64,000 bases of DNA, taken from assembly GCA_964621555.1 (NCBI GenBank), contig CAZUOO010000001.1:1059-65058 (forward strand). The letters are read 5' to 3'. The stretch's first letter is position 1. Every line of letters starts with the position of its first letter. The notes under the pieces are model-generated. The model saw only the letters and a list, made by a program, of their open reading frames with translations, ran no database searches and was not told the DNA's origin. A program made the position numbers and the translations under genes. The stretch is from an uncultured Candidatus Saccharibacteria bacterium. Its GTDB lineage: Bacteria; Patescibacteriota; Dojkabacteria; SC72. Positions 10,586 to 20,508 of the stretch are shown piece by piece.

Positions 10586-10597
10586 GCTATTTGAAAC

Positions 10598-10674
10598 GCG
10601 AGAGTAGTTCAATTGGTTAGAATATCTGTTTTCCAAACAGAGGGTTGCGGGTTCGAGTCCCGTCTCTCGCTCCA
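10598..10674 (+). tRNA. tRNA-Gly (anticodon UCC)
   Basis: Cloverleaf with acceptor GCGAGAG/CTCTCGC, anticodon stem-loop TCTGT-TTTCCAA-ACAGA, T-arm GCGGG-TTCGAGT-CCCGT, discriminator U and an encoded CCA. Confidence 0.85.
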
Positions 10675-10750
10675 TTTTCAAATATATAGCTAGGTATTAA
10701 CATTTCCCCCTATTCTTGGTAGAATAAAGTATATTATTAATATCTATACT

Positions 10751-11398
10751 ATGCCTCAAATAATACCAGGTAACACAAATCCACCAACACCTGTTCCAAG
10801 TCCTCCAAGTTGGGGTGGGGATAATTCTAACAATGCTAACCCTTGGGGTTGGAATCAACCTGGACAAACGCAAGGTCAAGAGAAGCGTTTAACACCACAA
10901 GAAAGAGTTGAGATGATTGAAAAGGTATATCAGGAGATATTAAACAGAAAGCCAGATACTAGGGATATCAACTACTACAAGTACTCTACGCTATCAGAAG
11001 AAGAGATAAGAAAACAACTAATAACGGGTAAGGAGCATAAACAGTTACTGGATGATGGAAAGGATTATAAAAAGATGAAGGACAGGGCTATGCAAGCTGA
11101 AACCAGAGTAAATATGCTTGAATCTCAAATCAAGGATCAAGTTGAGGAGTTTCGTCACCTTACAGAACTATTAACCGAGAAGAATCAATATATACAGCAA
11201 CTGAGGCAGAAGCTTAATAATCCATATAATTTAGTTGATAATAGACCTGCAGTTGTAGCTCCAGTAGTAGAACCAGTAATTGCATCTTCTGTAGGAAATC
11301 AAGTATATGCACAACCAGTTGAGAGTAGCATTCCGAAGGTACAACACTCTGCCAAAACTAGAATTCTAGATATAATTAAAAACATAATCCCAGATTAA
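10751..11398 (+). CDS. Hypothetical protein with a Pro/Gly/Asn-rich N-terminus, a DUF4214-like segment and a coiled coil
   Basis: ERVEMIEKVYQEILNRKPDTRDINYY resembles the DUF4214 core. The heptad-rich middle region suggests a coiled coil. Confidence 0.4.
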   Translation: MPQIIPGNTNPPTPVPSPPSWGGDNSNNANPWGWNQPGQTQGQEKRLTPQERVEMIEKVYQEILNRKPDTRDINYYKYSTLSEEEIRKQLITGKEHKQLLDDGKDYKKMKDRAMQAETRVNMLESQIKDQVEEFRHLTELLTEKNQYIQQLRQKLNNPYNLVDNRPAVVAPVVEPVIASSVGNQVYAQPVESSIPKVQHSAKTRILDIIKNIIPD

Positions 11399-11703
11399 TG
11401 AGTATTAAATTTGTAGCGGAAAGAATTAAAAAGGCTAGAGAGGAGAGGGGAATTTCCCAGAAAAAACTTGGGATGATATTGGGACTTTCGGACAAGGCAA
11501 TTAGTGCATATGAAGCTGGAAGAACTTACCCACCTTTGGATACATTATTTAAGCTCTCAAAAGAGCTCTCAAAGCCTGTTACATACTTTTTGGAAGAGAA
11601 TGGAGGTAAGGCGACTGTGGTAGATTCGTTGGCCAAGATATCTGAAAAAATGGCTTCTATCTCATTGGAAATAGAGAAGCTAAGTAAGAATATTAAGTCT
11701 TAG
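11398..11703 (+). CDS. XRE-family helix-turn-helix transcriptional regulator
   Basis: GISQKKLGMILGLSDKAISAYEAGRTYP matches the Cro/C1-type HTH. Its start codon overlaps the stop of the upstream gene. Confidence 0.75.
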   Translation: MSIKFVAERIKKAREERGISQKKLGMILGLSDKAISAYEAGRTYPPLDTLFKLSKELSKPVTYFLEENGGKATVVDSLAKISEKMASISLEIEKLSKNIKS

Positions 11704-12478
11704 GTATCAAGTTTGTTTTATACTCTTTTTCAACTCCTTCTAGGTATAACTTCTCCAGTTGAACAAGTCTATTAAAAGATGTTTTAAGCTCTCTCTGTAG
11801 TGTTTTTATCTTCTCACTACTAGGTTTATTATGAATGTTATAGACTATATCCCAATAATTATAGTACTCCCTCCAGTATTCAGAGAAGCCTGTTATATTT
11901 TTATCTATATACTGTTCTAGAGACTTCGCTGTATTTCTACATTCCGTAATTTCAGCTTTTATCTTTACATCAGTTGCTTTTAAAGGTATTTCATCAAAAC
12001 ACTTCTTGACGTTGCTGGCATCGGATATAAGTTGGTAGTATCCTTCTAGTGAGCTTACAAACCCATTATAGCTTAGATGTAATGAAACTCTCTCTCTTGC
12101 CATTTCTCTCTCTCTTTCATCAAATGATTTGATATCATATGTTAAGATTAGTATTTCATTGGATATGTATTGTAGTTCGGTGTTTATAATGCTGAAGAGA
12201 CCCAACTGTTCCATATATGTACTGTGTGCAGTTTGAGGTGAGTATATACTCAATTTCATAACTGCCTCCTTCACAGCATTAAACTCAGATATTTCATGAT
12301 TATACCTTTCAATATACTGATTTCTTTTACTATTAAGTAACTCCTCTTCTTTTTGGCTCTTAGTCGTAATATAGGAGGTTATTGTGAGCGCTACGATAGT
12401 CAAAACAAGGAACCCTATTATTATAGGGAGTAGGGGTTTTACTACCTTATTGAACTTTATTCTGGTGGAGTTAGCCAT
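11693..12478 (-). CDS. Hypothetical membrane-anchored coiled-coil protein (last gene of a 7-gene minus-strand operon)
   Basis: N-terminal TM helix, then a long charged helical region. Overlaps the upstream gene by 22 nt. Confidence 0.4.
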   Translation of the reverse strand: MANSTRIKFNKVVKPLLPIIIGFLVLTIVALTITSYITTKSQKEEELLNSKRNQYIERYNHEISEFNAVKEAVMKLSIYSPQTAHSTYMEQLGLFSIINTELQYISNEILILTYDIKSFDEREREMARERVSLHLSYNGFVSSLEGYYQLISDASNVKKCFDEIPLKATDVKIKAEITECRNTAKSLEQYIDKNITGFSEYWREYYNYWDIVYNIHNKPSSEKIKTLQRELKTSFNRLVQLEKLYLEGVEKEYKTNLIPKT

Positions 12479-13023
12479 ACCAATAACTTTTTATATGCAA
12501 ATTTCAGTGCAAAGTATAACCCGGCGAGTAATCCCGCATAGAATAGTGCGATGATTAAACCTCTTGTTAACACCGCTCCTGAGTATCCTGGGGTTTGTGG
12601 ATCTGTTACTAAATCCTCATCAAACCGAACAGTAATTGAATCTGAGGATGTGTAATTTGTATCAACCTCCCAGTCAATGATGTTGCCTGCTATGTTATAT
12701 GTACCATCTATAGATGGTGTTACATATGCTTTATATGCATACGTATCTCCTTTTTTGGTTGATATGAATTGTGGGTGTCTCTTCTTAAGCTTTAATCCAT
12801 CTGGTACGTCCCATGATATCTCAACTCGTTTAGCAGTTACATTTGATCTAAACTTTATATTGATTGGTACTGCCTTTGTCCATGGAGATTGTGTTCCTAA
12901 CGACATCTCTATATCGAAGTAGTCACCTGATATCACGGGTTTCTCCTCTGCAAATAGTGTGTTAGGAGTGATTATCAATACAGAGAGGATTAAAACGAAA
13001 GCAAGCTTGATTAGTTTGTTCAT
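12457..13023 (-). CDS. Hypothetical secreted protein with a C-terminal TM anchor
   Basis: Signal peptide ILSVLIITPNTLFA, a beta-rich ectodomain, and C-terminal helix GLIIALFYAGLLAGLYFAL. Overlaps its neighbours by 4 nt. Confidence 0.4.
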   Translation of the reverse strand: MNKLIKLAFVLILSVLIITPNTLFAEEKPVISGDYFDIEMSLGTQSPWTKAVPINIKFRSNVTAKRVEISWDVPDGLKLKKRHPQFISTKKGDTYAYKAYVTPSIDGTYNIAGNIIDWEVDTNYTSSDSITVRFDEDLVTDPQTPGYSGAVLTRGLIIALFYAGLLAGLYFALKFAYKKLLVWLTPPE

Positions 13024-13436
13024 CCTAATATCTGTGTAATCAATTTATAATATACCTCGTACGCAAGTTTAGTTTCTTCTTTTGTAACCTCTACATTCTC
13101 ATGCACAATTCTATTTCTCAATTTGTGATAATACCATATATCTTCATATAATGATTGTTTGACCCGCTTTCGAATTAATTTCAGGTTCTCACCAATCATA
13201 AGCTTATTGCTATTTTTATATTGAAGAACCTTCGAGAGTAGGCTGTCTAATCTCACGATACTATCTCTATTTGCGGAGTTTATCTCGAGTCCAATATTTC
13301 CCTTAATATCTTTTAGCTGTCTGTATATATCATTTCTACGTCTTTGCGAAACCTTTCTGCTTCCAAAACTAGCAAAAACAAAAAGAAGTATGATTAGGAG
13401 AATTATTACGGATGTTATATATAATGGGTTATCCAT
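13020..13436 (-). CDS. Hypothetical small N-terminally anchored protein
   Basis: N-terminal TM helix VIILLIILLFVFASFG followed by a basic, helical cytoplasmic domain. Confidence 0.35.
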   Translation of the reverse strand: MDNPLYITSVIILLIILLFVFASFGSRKVSQRRRNDIYRQLKDIKGNIGLEINSANRDSIVRLDSLLSKVLQYKNSNKLMIGENLKLIRKRVKQSLYEDIWYYHKLRNRIVHENVEVTKEETKLAYEVYYKLITQILG

Positions 13437-15315
13437 TTTTCTTAATCTTTTTAATTATATACCCAATCAGACTGTACAATACCATGAATATTATAAATGA
13501 AATTAAGATACTTTTTAATTCGTTTATTTCAGATGTTTGAATACCACCCTCTATTTTAGTTATTTTTTTGAAAACATTACCCTCTATATCGCTAAATGTA
13601 GATATAACCCGGCTGTCGCTATCTATATTGGTTTTGGGGAAAACAACCGAGAACTCTCGACTTTCACCAGGGATGATATTGTACGAAGTCCATAAGTTTT
13701 CAGCTTTAATTAAATCTTTTTCCTTCAGAATGGATAAGTTTTGTAGCTGAAGTATTCTATTCCCTTGATTAGAGACTGTTAGTACCCCTTTAATATATTT
13801 ATCACTTGTTTTTGTAAGTCTGAATGAAGTTTCGGTTGTAGTGAAACTTGTAACTGAATTGTATGCAGGATTAATTCTAAACTCCTCTGGTGAAAAGCGC
13901 GATATTTGAGGAAGGATTGAACTTTTGGACCTAGATACTAGTGCTATGTGGTCGTAATTTGTAGCAAGATATCTGCTTGGGAAGTAGTCCTCGAGAGCAG
14001 GGTCTAGCAGAATCCAACGGTTTTCATCAATATTCCAATACTCAACCCACGAGTGGAAAAATCCGTCTTCTTGATATGAATTCAATGGAGTAATGTATCC
14101 CAATACCATTCTACTTGGTACTCCTGCTTCCCTGAGTATTGCAATTAAAAAATCAGTATAATCATCGGGGTTTGCCCCATCGGATAGGATTCTTGAGATA
14201 TTTCCCATCCCAAGTCTAACCTCGGATTTTATCTCTCCACTTCCCAGTGGTAGTGGGTTAAGTCGATCTAAAGTATATCTATATAGTGACGTTACAAACT
14301 CCTTGCGTTGTTTGGCATCTGTAATTTGGTCGATTGTCGCAGGAAAAGAATTATTTCTAAGGTACACAGAAAGTCTCTTCATCTCGTCAGAGCTTGGAAA
14401 CTGCCAATAGTTATCCAGGGTTAAGTAGTTTTCAAACGTTAAGGGTAGTTTGTGCTCTTTCTCATCAAAGTATATATACCCTTCCGCTTCAATATTAATC
14501 GTCTCTTCCGGATTTAAAAGGTATGAGATATTAATATTAGATTCACTGTCAAACTCTATATCGAATGGGGTGGGTTTAATCTTTTCGTATAGCACGTGCT
14601 GTCCATCTCCTTCTCTTGGAATTGATATTTTGTAAATAGATGGTTTATCTGTGCTGTTGGTAATTTCCCTACTTATCTCAATTTTATATCCAATCTTCTC
14701 TCCAATAAGGATGGCAATAGCAGGGTTTGAGATATCCTTAGGGAATTTGAGACCAATAGTTATATTTGATCCTTCCTCTTTAACAACTTCATAATCTACT
14801 GACCCCCAAATCACTTTCCCAAACTTACTCGGAAATGTAATCTTCACATCCTCAGTCACGAAACTTGGTATAGGAGGGATTAGTATGTAGTAGTTAACTC
14901 CAGAGGTGTTAACATATGCTTTCATTACAATATTTGCAATGATTTCAGTTGATCCATTCTGGGGAACTATTAAGTTTGGCAGTTCAAGTGTGATTTTAAG
15001 TCCTCCAGTTTCAGACTTTTGGTTGTATTTATAAGGTGTGTCACCTATAGATATGATCAAACTATCGTACTTTTCAAATGGTATAAAGAAAGAAAAATTT
15101 GTTATTACAGACGGAGTACTAGTCTTGTTATTGAGTTTGAAATTATACCTAGCATATAGGTCTCCATTATTATTTACTTCAAAATATGATGAAGATGTTT
15201 TTAAGAGGTTGGGTGATGCCAAAACTTTTTGAGGTGTACTGAAGGAAAGTGACGCAAAAAAAAGAACGCTACAAGCTAACAGAGTCTTCTTTAAATAGCC
15301 ATTCAAATTTTTCAT
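13429..15315 (-). CDS. Secreted, C-terminally anchored protein with a transglutaminase-like (probably non-catalytic) domain
   Basis: Signal peptide, and the block FLIAILREAGVPSRMVLGY...FHSWVEYW...RWILLDPA matching the transglutaminase-like core, with Tyr in place of the Cys nucleophile. C-terminal TM helix plus KKIKKNG. Confidence 0.5.
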   Translation of the reverse strand: MKNLNGYLKKTLLACSVLFFASLSFSTPQKVLASPNLLKTSSSYFEVNNNGDLYARYNFKLNNKTSTPSVITNFSFFIPFEKYDSLIISIGDTPYKYNQKSETGGLKITLELPNLIVPQNGSTEIIANIVMKAYVNTSGVNYYILIPPIPSFVTEDVKITFPSKFGKVIWGSVDYEVVKEEGSNITIGLKFPKDISNPAIAILIGEKIGYKIEISREITNSTDKPSIYKISIPREGDGQHVLYEKIKPTPFDIEFDSESNINISYLLNPEETINIEAEGYIYFDEKEHKLPLTFENYLTLDNYWQFPSSDEMKRLSVYLRNNSFPATIDQITDAKQRKEFVTSLYRYTLDRLNPLPLGSGEIKSEVRLGMGNISRILSDGANPDDYTDFLIAILREAGVPSRMVLGYITPLNSYQEDGFFHSWVEYWNIDENRWILLDPALEDYFPSRYLATNYDHIALVSRSKSSILPQISRFSPEEFRINPAYNSVTSFTTTETSFRLTKTSDKYIKGVLTVSNQGNRILQLQNLSILKEKDLIKAENLWTSYNIIPGESREFSVVFPKTNIDSDSRVISTFSDIEGNVFKKITKIEGGIQTSEINELKSILISFIIFMVLYSLIGYIIKKIKKNG

Positions 15316-16000
15316 ACTTTCTTAGTATTTGCTTAATGATTGGGGTTTTAAGCGTAATCCCTAGTTTCATCAGTACTTCATCCCACTTTACTTTTCTAGG
15401 ATCGGAGACCATTTTATATCCTGGGTTCCGTACAGTCTCCTGTTTTGCGTTCTTCCTTATTACATAATAGGCCATACCATTCATATCATCAAGCTCATCG
15501 ATTTCATCCGATTTAGAGAATGAAATCTCACTTACAACAAGCATAGAGGATCTGGTATTTGTAATAGAGTATGCATAGTCAGCAGGAATAATAACCTTTG
15601 TATCCTTTTTCAGGTTCGAAATGATAATATCTCCTTCGAACTTCTTCTCAAAGTTTTGTAGGATTATGATTCCGGCTCCACTCACAACTTCTAATATCTT
15701 AGGGTAGCTTGTAGTTCGAACTCCACGTGTTTTCACATACTCAATCCCCGCGAGGTTTGATTGAATTGTTATCAGGTTAACTTTGATATTCTTAGATTTG
15801 TAGATTCCATCTTTATCGAAGTTATAATATTTGGTATAGAAAACTTCTGGACATGTAATTTCGCTATTGAGGAGTTGATCCTTCATATCTTTTATCTCGA
15901 ATGACGCTGAGTTTGAATATTGCAACTCAGATTCAACAACAATTCCATCTTCAATGATAACTGAAAATCCGAGTGTTTTCTTTAGATCTAACTTTGACAT
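15269..16000 (-). CDS. Hypothetical protein (possibly cupin-like beta-barrel)
   Basis: 243-aa ORF with no diagnostic motif. Overlaps the downstream transglutaminase-like gene by 47 nt in the operon. Confidence 0.3.
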   Translation of the reverse strand: MSKLDLKKTLGFSVIIEDGIVVESELQYSNSASFEIKDMKDQLLNSEITCPEVFYTKYYNFDKDGIYKSKNIKVNLITIQSNLAGIEYVKTRGVRTTSYPKILEVVSGAGIIILQNFEKKFEGDIIISNLKKDTKVIIPADYAYSITNTRSSMLVVSEISFSKSDEIDELDDMNGMAYYVIRKNAKQETVRNPGYKMVSDPRKVKWDEVLMKLGITLKTPIIKQILRKYEKFEWLFKEDSVSL

Positions 16001-16023
16001 GATTACATTATACCACGTGGCTC

Positions 16024-16311
16024 CTAATCTCTAGAAAATGCTTTGATAAGCTCAATAACTACATATCCTACTACCATATAGAAGGCTAGAGCTACTAAAG
16101 AATTTAAATCAAGTTTAACCCCAAAAAGCTCTAGAGTTGAAGAAGTGATTCCATAGAAAGGTTTTACAAAGGGCTCACTATATTCATAAACCCAATTAAC
16201 TAATGAGTTGCTTTTATTTGCATTAATAAATAGTAGTATAAACCTAATACCAATTAACGCCTCAATAAAAGTAATTGCTGTGTAAAGTAATCTTAATAGT
16301 AGTTTTATCAT
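16024..16311 (-). CDS. YggT-family small membrane protein
   Basis: VNWVYEYSEPFVKPFYGI matches the YggT/Ycf19 signature (TEPxLxPxR-like); two TM helices; 95 aa. Confidence 0.6.
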   Translation of the reverse strand: MIKLLLRLLYTAITFIEALIGIRFILLFINANKSNSLVNWVYEYSEPFVKPFYGITSSTLELFGVKLDLNSLVALAFYMVVGYVVIELIKAFSRD

Positions 16312-16329
16312 AGTAATATATTAATGTAA

Positions 16330-17118
16330 TTAATAAATAGTTTCAAGATTATCAACATAGTATTGAAGCTCATTCATAAATTGTGTCACACCATTTGCCC
16401 AAGCGTGTGCTGGGTTTCTACCACATGGAGGACAGTAGACAGGCTCAATATCAAATGGAGTTAGTGTAATACCGTAACCCAATGCCAAGCGTCTGGTAAC
16501 TGTCTCTATTCCATCAGCCCATGTTGGGAATATACTGTATGCCCCACCTGGCCCTCCTCTCCAACCCCAGCCATTATTGGAACGATAGGGTATTAAGTTT
16601 CCAAATGCGGATTCTACACCAGATATTGACGCCACCAATCTCCAGTCAAGACCATATTTATCAGCTTCCTTTACAAATACATCTGCATATATGTACATAG
16701 GAGAGTACCTATCTATCAAGTACTGTCGCATAGCTAAAATACGAGGATCTGTAGTTGTAATACTTGTCTCGCCTGCTGCTGCACCCAATATATTACCGTT
16801 GACTAAGAAAAAGGAGTCCGCGCTTGTAATGTACAAACTATTAGACTCCACAGGGGTCAATCTGTTAATCTCAAAGGTAGAACCTCTCTCAACATTCTGT
16901 GAAATTGAGACAGCGAGATCGGATCCAAATGCGAAATGGAATACCGCAAATGCTACAATGAAAAAGATTAATTTTATAGGCTTAGATAAAACTCTATCCA
17001 TAAAAGATGCTAATATTTTAAAAGAGAAATAGGTTTTATAATAAATCCCTATAATTAAGTATAATATAATTAAAATAACATATACCTGCAAATATAAAAA
17101 GAAATGAACTTCACACAT
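16330..17118 (-). CDS. Secreted lysozyme-like / SLT-like putative peptidoglycan hydrolase (paralog of 7202..7807)
   Basis: LVASISGVESAFGNLIPYRSNNGWGWRGG resembles the Slt ES-AFNP motif and shares the TVTRRL block with the paralog. The true start is probably the internal Met MDRVLSK... at about 17001, which gives a signal peptide. Confidence 0.45.
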   Translation of the reverse strand: MCEVHFFLYLQVYVILIILYLIIGIYYKTYFSFKILASFMDRVLSKPIKLIFFIVAFAVFHFAFGSDLAVSISQNVERGSTFEINRLTPVESNSLYITSADSFFLVNGNILGAAAGETSITTTDPRILAMRQYLIDRYSPMYIYADVFVKEADKYGLDWRLVASISGVESAFGNLIPYRSNNGWGWRGGPGGAYSIFPTWADGIETVTRRLALGYGITLTPFDIEPVYCPPCGRNPAHAWANGVTQFMNELQYYVDNLETIY

Positions 17119-20100
17119 CTACATCTACACTCTGAATACTCGCTACTAGATGGGGTAAGTCGACTCCCTGATTTGGCCTTAAAACTTCAGGAATTTAAAA
17201 TGACTGCTTGTGCATTAACCGACCACGGAAATATGTACGGAGCGTTTAAGTTCTATAACGAAATGAAGCACTCTGATATTAAGCCAATTATTGGATGCGA
17301 GATCTACATCTCCCCACGCACACGTTTTGATAAGGAGGCAGGTATAGATAATAAGTACTACCATATGACCGTGTTAGCAATGAACCTACAAGGGTATAAG
17401 AACCTCGTTAAACTTGTTTCAATCGGTTACATGGAAGGCTTCTACTATAAACCTAGAGTAGACTGGGAGGTATTAGAGAAGTACAACGAAGGGCTGATTG
17501 TGCTTTCAGGGTGTTTGAGTGGTGTGCTTTCCAAGCATATAAAGGTAGGTGAGCATAGCAAAGCTATTGAGAATGCCAAAAGATATTCAGAACTTTTCAA
17601 GAATCGTTTCTTTATCGAGATACAACGAAACGGAATAGATGAACAAGTAGAAGTGAATAATAAATTGCTTGAAATTGCAAAAGATTTAAAACTTCCCATA
17701 GTTGCAACTTGTGATGTTCATTACATAAATAAAGATGACTACCAAGTGCAGGAGATAGTATGGGCAATTGCCGATGGCAAAACACTTGAGGACCCAACTC
17801 GCAGAGTCGCCACTTCCAACGAATTCTACCTTAAAAGTAGTGAAGAGATGGTTGAACTGTTCAAGGATCTCCCAGAAGCAATTGAAAACACTCAAAAAAT
17901 AGCTGATATGGTAGAGGATTACTCTCTTACATTTGGGCGTGTTGAACCTCATTATTTAGACCTTCCAGAGGGTTCTAATCCTAAAGATTACCTTCGAGAG
18001 CTAGTATACGAAGGCGCTAAACGAAAGTATAAAGAGGTAACGAAAGAGATCTCTGACCGTATAGACTATGAACTCGGAATTATCAGCGATAAAGGATATA
18101 ACGACTACTTCCTAGTGGTTTATGACTTTGTAAACTTCTGTGTACGTAATGACATTATGGTTGGTGCAAGAGGTTCTGCAGTTGGTACAGTGGTTGGATA
18201 CTGTTTGGATATTGCGGGTGTTGATCCAATAACGTGGGAGTTATACTTCGAGAGATTCCTAAATCCAGGTAGAGATTCACCTCCCGATATTGACTTGGAT
18301 ATTTCCGACCAAAGAAGAGGTGAGGTAATCAAGTATGCACAAGAGAAATACGGAGACGCAAATGTAAAGCAGATTATAACCTTCAGTAAGCTCCAAACTA
18401 GACAGGCAATTAGAGATGTTTCTAGGGTAATGGGTATCGATTTACAGACCGCAGATAAGCTTTCAAAGCTTGTAAAGGTAGAGTTCGGTAAAGCCAAGTC
18501 AATTGACTATATGATCGAAAATGACGTTGAGTTTGCCCAAGTCATTAATTCTTCAGAGCGACTTCAGGAGATGAGCAGGATAGCTAAAAAGATCGCAGGA
18601 TTGGCTCGAGGAGTTTCTACACATGCCTGTGGGGTAATAGTCGCACCTGCACCCGTAGACGACTTTGTACCGGTACAGAAGGATTCTAAGAATGAAGGTG
18701 TTGGCATGTCCCAGTTTGAAATGATGGACATAGAATATGTAGGACTATTGAAGCTCGATTTCCTAGGTTTAAAGAACCTAAATATAATTGATAACGCTGT
18801 CCATAAAATAAAGAAAGGAAAGGATAAGGACTTCAACCTACTCGATATTGATGTGAACGATCAAAAGGTATATCAAATGCTAAGAGATGGACATACCATG
18901 GGTGTCTTTCAGCTAGAAAGTGAAGGTATGACGAAGGCATTGATAACAATTATGCCAGAGACACCTGAAGACCTTTGTTATATTCTCGCAGCATATCGCC
19001 CTGGCCCTATCGAATTTATTCCTGAGTATGCCGCGGTTAAGAAAGGTGAGAAAGAACCTCACTACATCTTGGAGGACCTAAAACCCATTCTCTCCGTTAC
19101 CAACGGAGTAATAACGTACCAGGAGCAGGTTATGAAAATCGCTACTGATCTTGCAGGATATACACTCTCTGATGCAGACAATTTAAGGCGAGCTATGGGT
19201 AAGAAGAAGATGGAGATCATGGAGGCAGAAAAGCCTAAGTTCATTTCAGGAGGAGAGGAAAGGGGATATCCAAAAGAAAGTATGGAAGAGATATGGGAGC
19301 TCCTTCTTAAATTCGCAAACTACGGATTCAACAAATCACATGCCGCCGCCTATGCAATGGTCTCATACTACACTGCATATCTTAAATACCACTACCCACT
19401 TGAATATATGGCAGCACTTCTTGAAGCAGACCTTGAAAACTTTAATAGAATATCTCTTGATATACAGGAATGCACCAGACTTGGGATTGAAGTTGTACAA
19501 CCAAATATAAATAAAAGTGGAGTATATTTCACCGTTGAAGAAGGCACACTAAAGAAGATTAGGTTTGGTTTAGGAGCTATAAAAAATGTCGGCCATGACA
19601 TCGTGGTTCAAATTGTAAAAGAAAGAGAGAAGAATGGCGAATACCGATCTCTTGATGACTTCATTTTGAGAAATATTAAGGGTAAGTTGCAGGTTAGGGT
19701 TGTAGAGTATCTAATTATGGCTGGAGCTATGGATATATGGGGAGATAGAAGAGCCCTCCTTACAATTCTTCCTGGGATATTTGAGAGATTTAAAAAACAG
19801 AAACAATCTGAGGAACATGGTCAGATAGATTTTTTCAACACACCTGGGGGATTAGAGGAGAACGCAGATTTAATTACCACGAAAGTGCCTGATGAAATTA
19901 AGTGCCCCATGAGAGAGGTGCTACAGTGGGAGAAAGATCTGCTTGGATTATACTTTTCCAGTCACCCACTAGATGACCTACAAGAATTCTTTGCACAGAA
20001 GAACGTTGTATCTGTTCAGTCCATACAAACATTACGTGCAGGTAAACTAATTGTACTCGGTGTTCTCTTTACAAAGGTACGTAGAATTTCCACAAAGAAG

Positions 20101-20508
20101 GGTGATATGATGGCATTTCTAACGGTAGAGGATAAATCCGGGGCAATAGATGCGGTAGTATTTCCCAAATTATATGATGAGATGAAAGATATGTTTGAGG
20201 CCAATACTCCAATTTTAATGGCAGCCAGAGTATCAGAAAGAGAAGGTGCAAAAAGTGTAATTATTGAGAAGGCTAAGCACGTGGATCAAGATAAATTCGC
20301 CTCAAACTTTAAAGGTGTCATTTTCAAAATAACTAAGAAACATACTAAAAAGCAGATCGAACTTCTAAAAACATACCTTAAAGATAATCCAGGTGACCTA
20401 CCTGTTAAAATACTTGTCCAAGAGAAGGACCAATTAAAGACCATTGATATCAAAAATAAAATTACCCTTACGCCTGAAGGTAGGGAACTACAGCAAGCGT
20501 TCTCATAA
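17104..20508 (+). CDS. dnaE: DNA polymerase III alpha subunit
   Basis: PHP-domain N-terminus FTHLHLHSEYSLLDG, a polymerase core and an OB-fold C-terminus; 1134 aa. Confidence 0.95.
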   Translation: MNFTHLHLHSEYSLLDGVSRLPDLALKLQEFKMTACALTDHGNMYGAFKFYNEMKHSDIKPIIGCEIYISPRTRFDKEAGIDNKYYHMTVLAMNLQGYKNLVKLVSIGYMEGFYYKPRVDWEVLEKYNEGLIVLSGCLSGVLSKHIKVGEHSKAIENAKRYSELFKNRFFIEIQRNGIDEQVEVNNKLLEIAKDLKLPIVATCDVHYINKDDYQVQEIVWAIADGKTLEDPTRRVATSNEFYLKSSEEMVELFKDLPEAIENTQKIADMVEDYSLTFGRVEPHYLDLPEGSNPKDYLRELVYEGAKRKYKEVTKEISDRIDYELGIISDKGYNDYFLVVYDFVNFCVRNDIMVGARGSAVGTVVGYCLDIAGVDPITWELYFERFLNPGRDSPPDIDLDISDQRRGEVIKYAQEKYGDANVKQIITFSKLQTRQAIRDVSRVMGIDLQTADKLSKLVKVEFGKAKSIDYMIENDVEFAQVINSSERLQEMSRIAKKIAGLARGVSTHACGVIVAPAPVDDFVPVQKDSKNEGVGMSQFEMMDIEYVGLLKLDFLGLKNLNIIDNAVHKIKKGKDKDFNLLDIDVNDQKVYQMLRDGHTMGVFQLESEGMTKALITIMPETPEDLCYILAAYRPGPIEFIPEYAAVKKGEKEPHYILEDLKPILSVTNGVITYQEQVMKIATDLAGYTLSDADNLRRAMGKKKMEIMEAEKPKFISGGEERGYPKESMEEIWELLLKFANYGFNKSHAAAYAMVSYYTAYLKYHYPLEYMAALLEADLENFNRISLDIQECTRLGIEVVQPNINKSGVYFTVEEGTLKKIRFGLGAIKNVGHDIVVQIVKEREKNGEYRSLDDFILRNIKGKLQVRVVEYLIMAGAMDIWGDRRALLTILPGIFERFKKQKQSEEHGQIDFFNTPGGLEENADLITTKVPDEIKCPMREVLQWEKDLLGLYFSSHPLDDLQEFFAQKNVVSVQSIQTLRAGKLIVLGVLFTKVRRISTKKGDMMAFLTVEDKSGAIDAVVFPKLYDEMKDMFEANTPILMAARVSEREGAKSVIIEKAKHVDQDKFASNFKGVIFKITKKHTKKQIELLKTYLKDNPGDLPVKILVQEKDQLKTIDIKNKITLTPEGRELQQAFS

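Noticed and set aside
15269-16000. Cupin-type phosphoglucose isomerase assignment for the 243-aa operon protein
   Set aside because: The His/Glu metal-binding cupin motifs (GxExxxTxGHxH) are absent; only a vague beta-rich resemblance remains.
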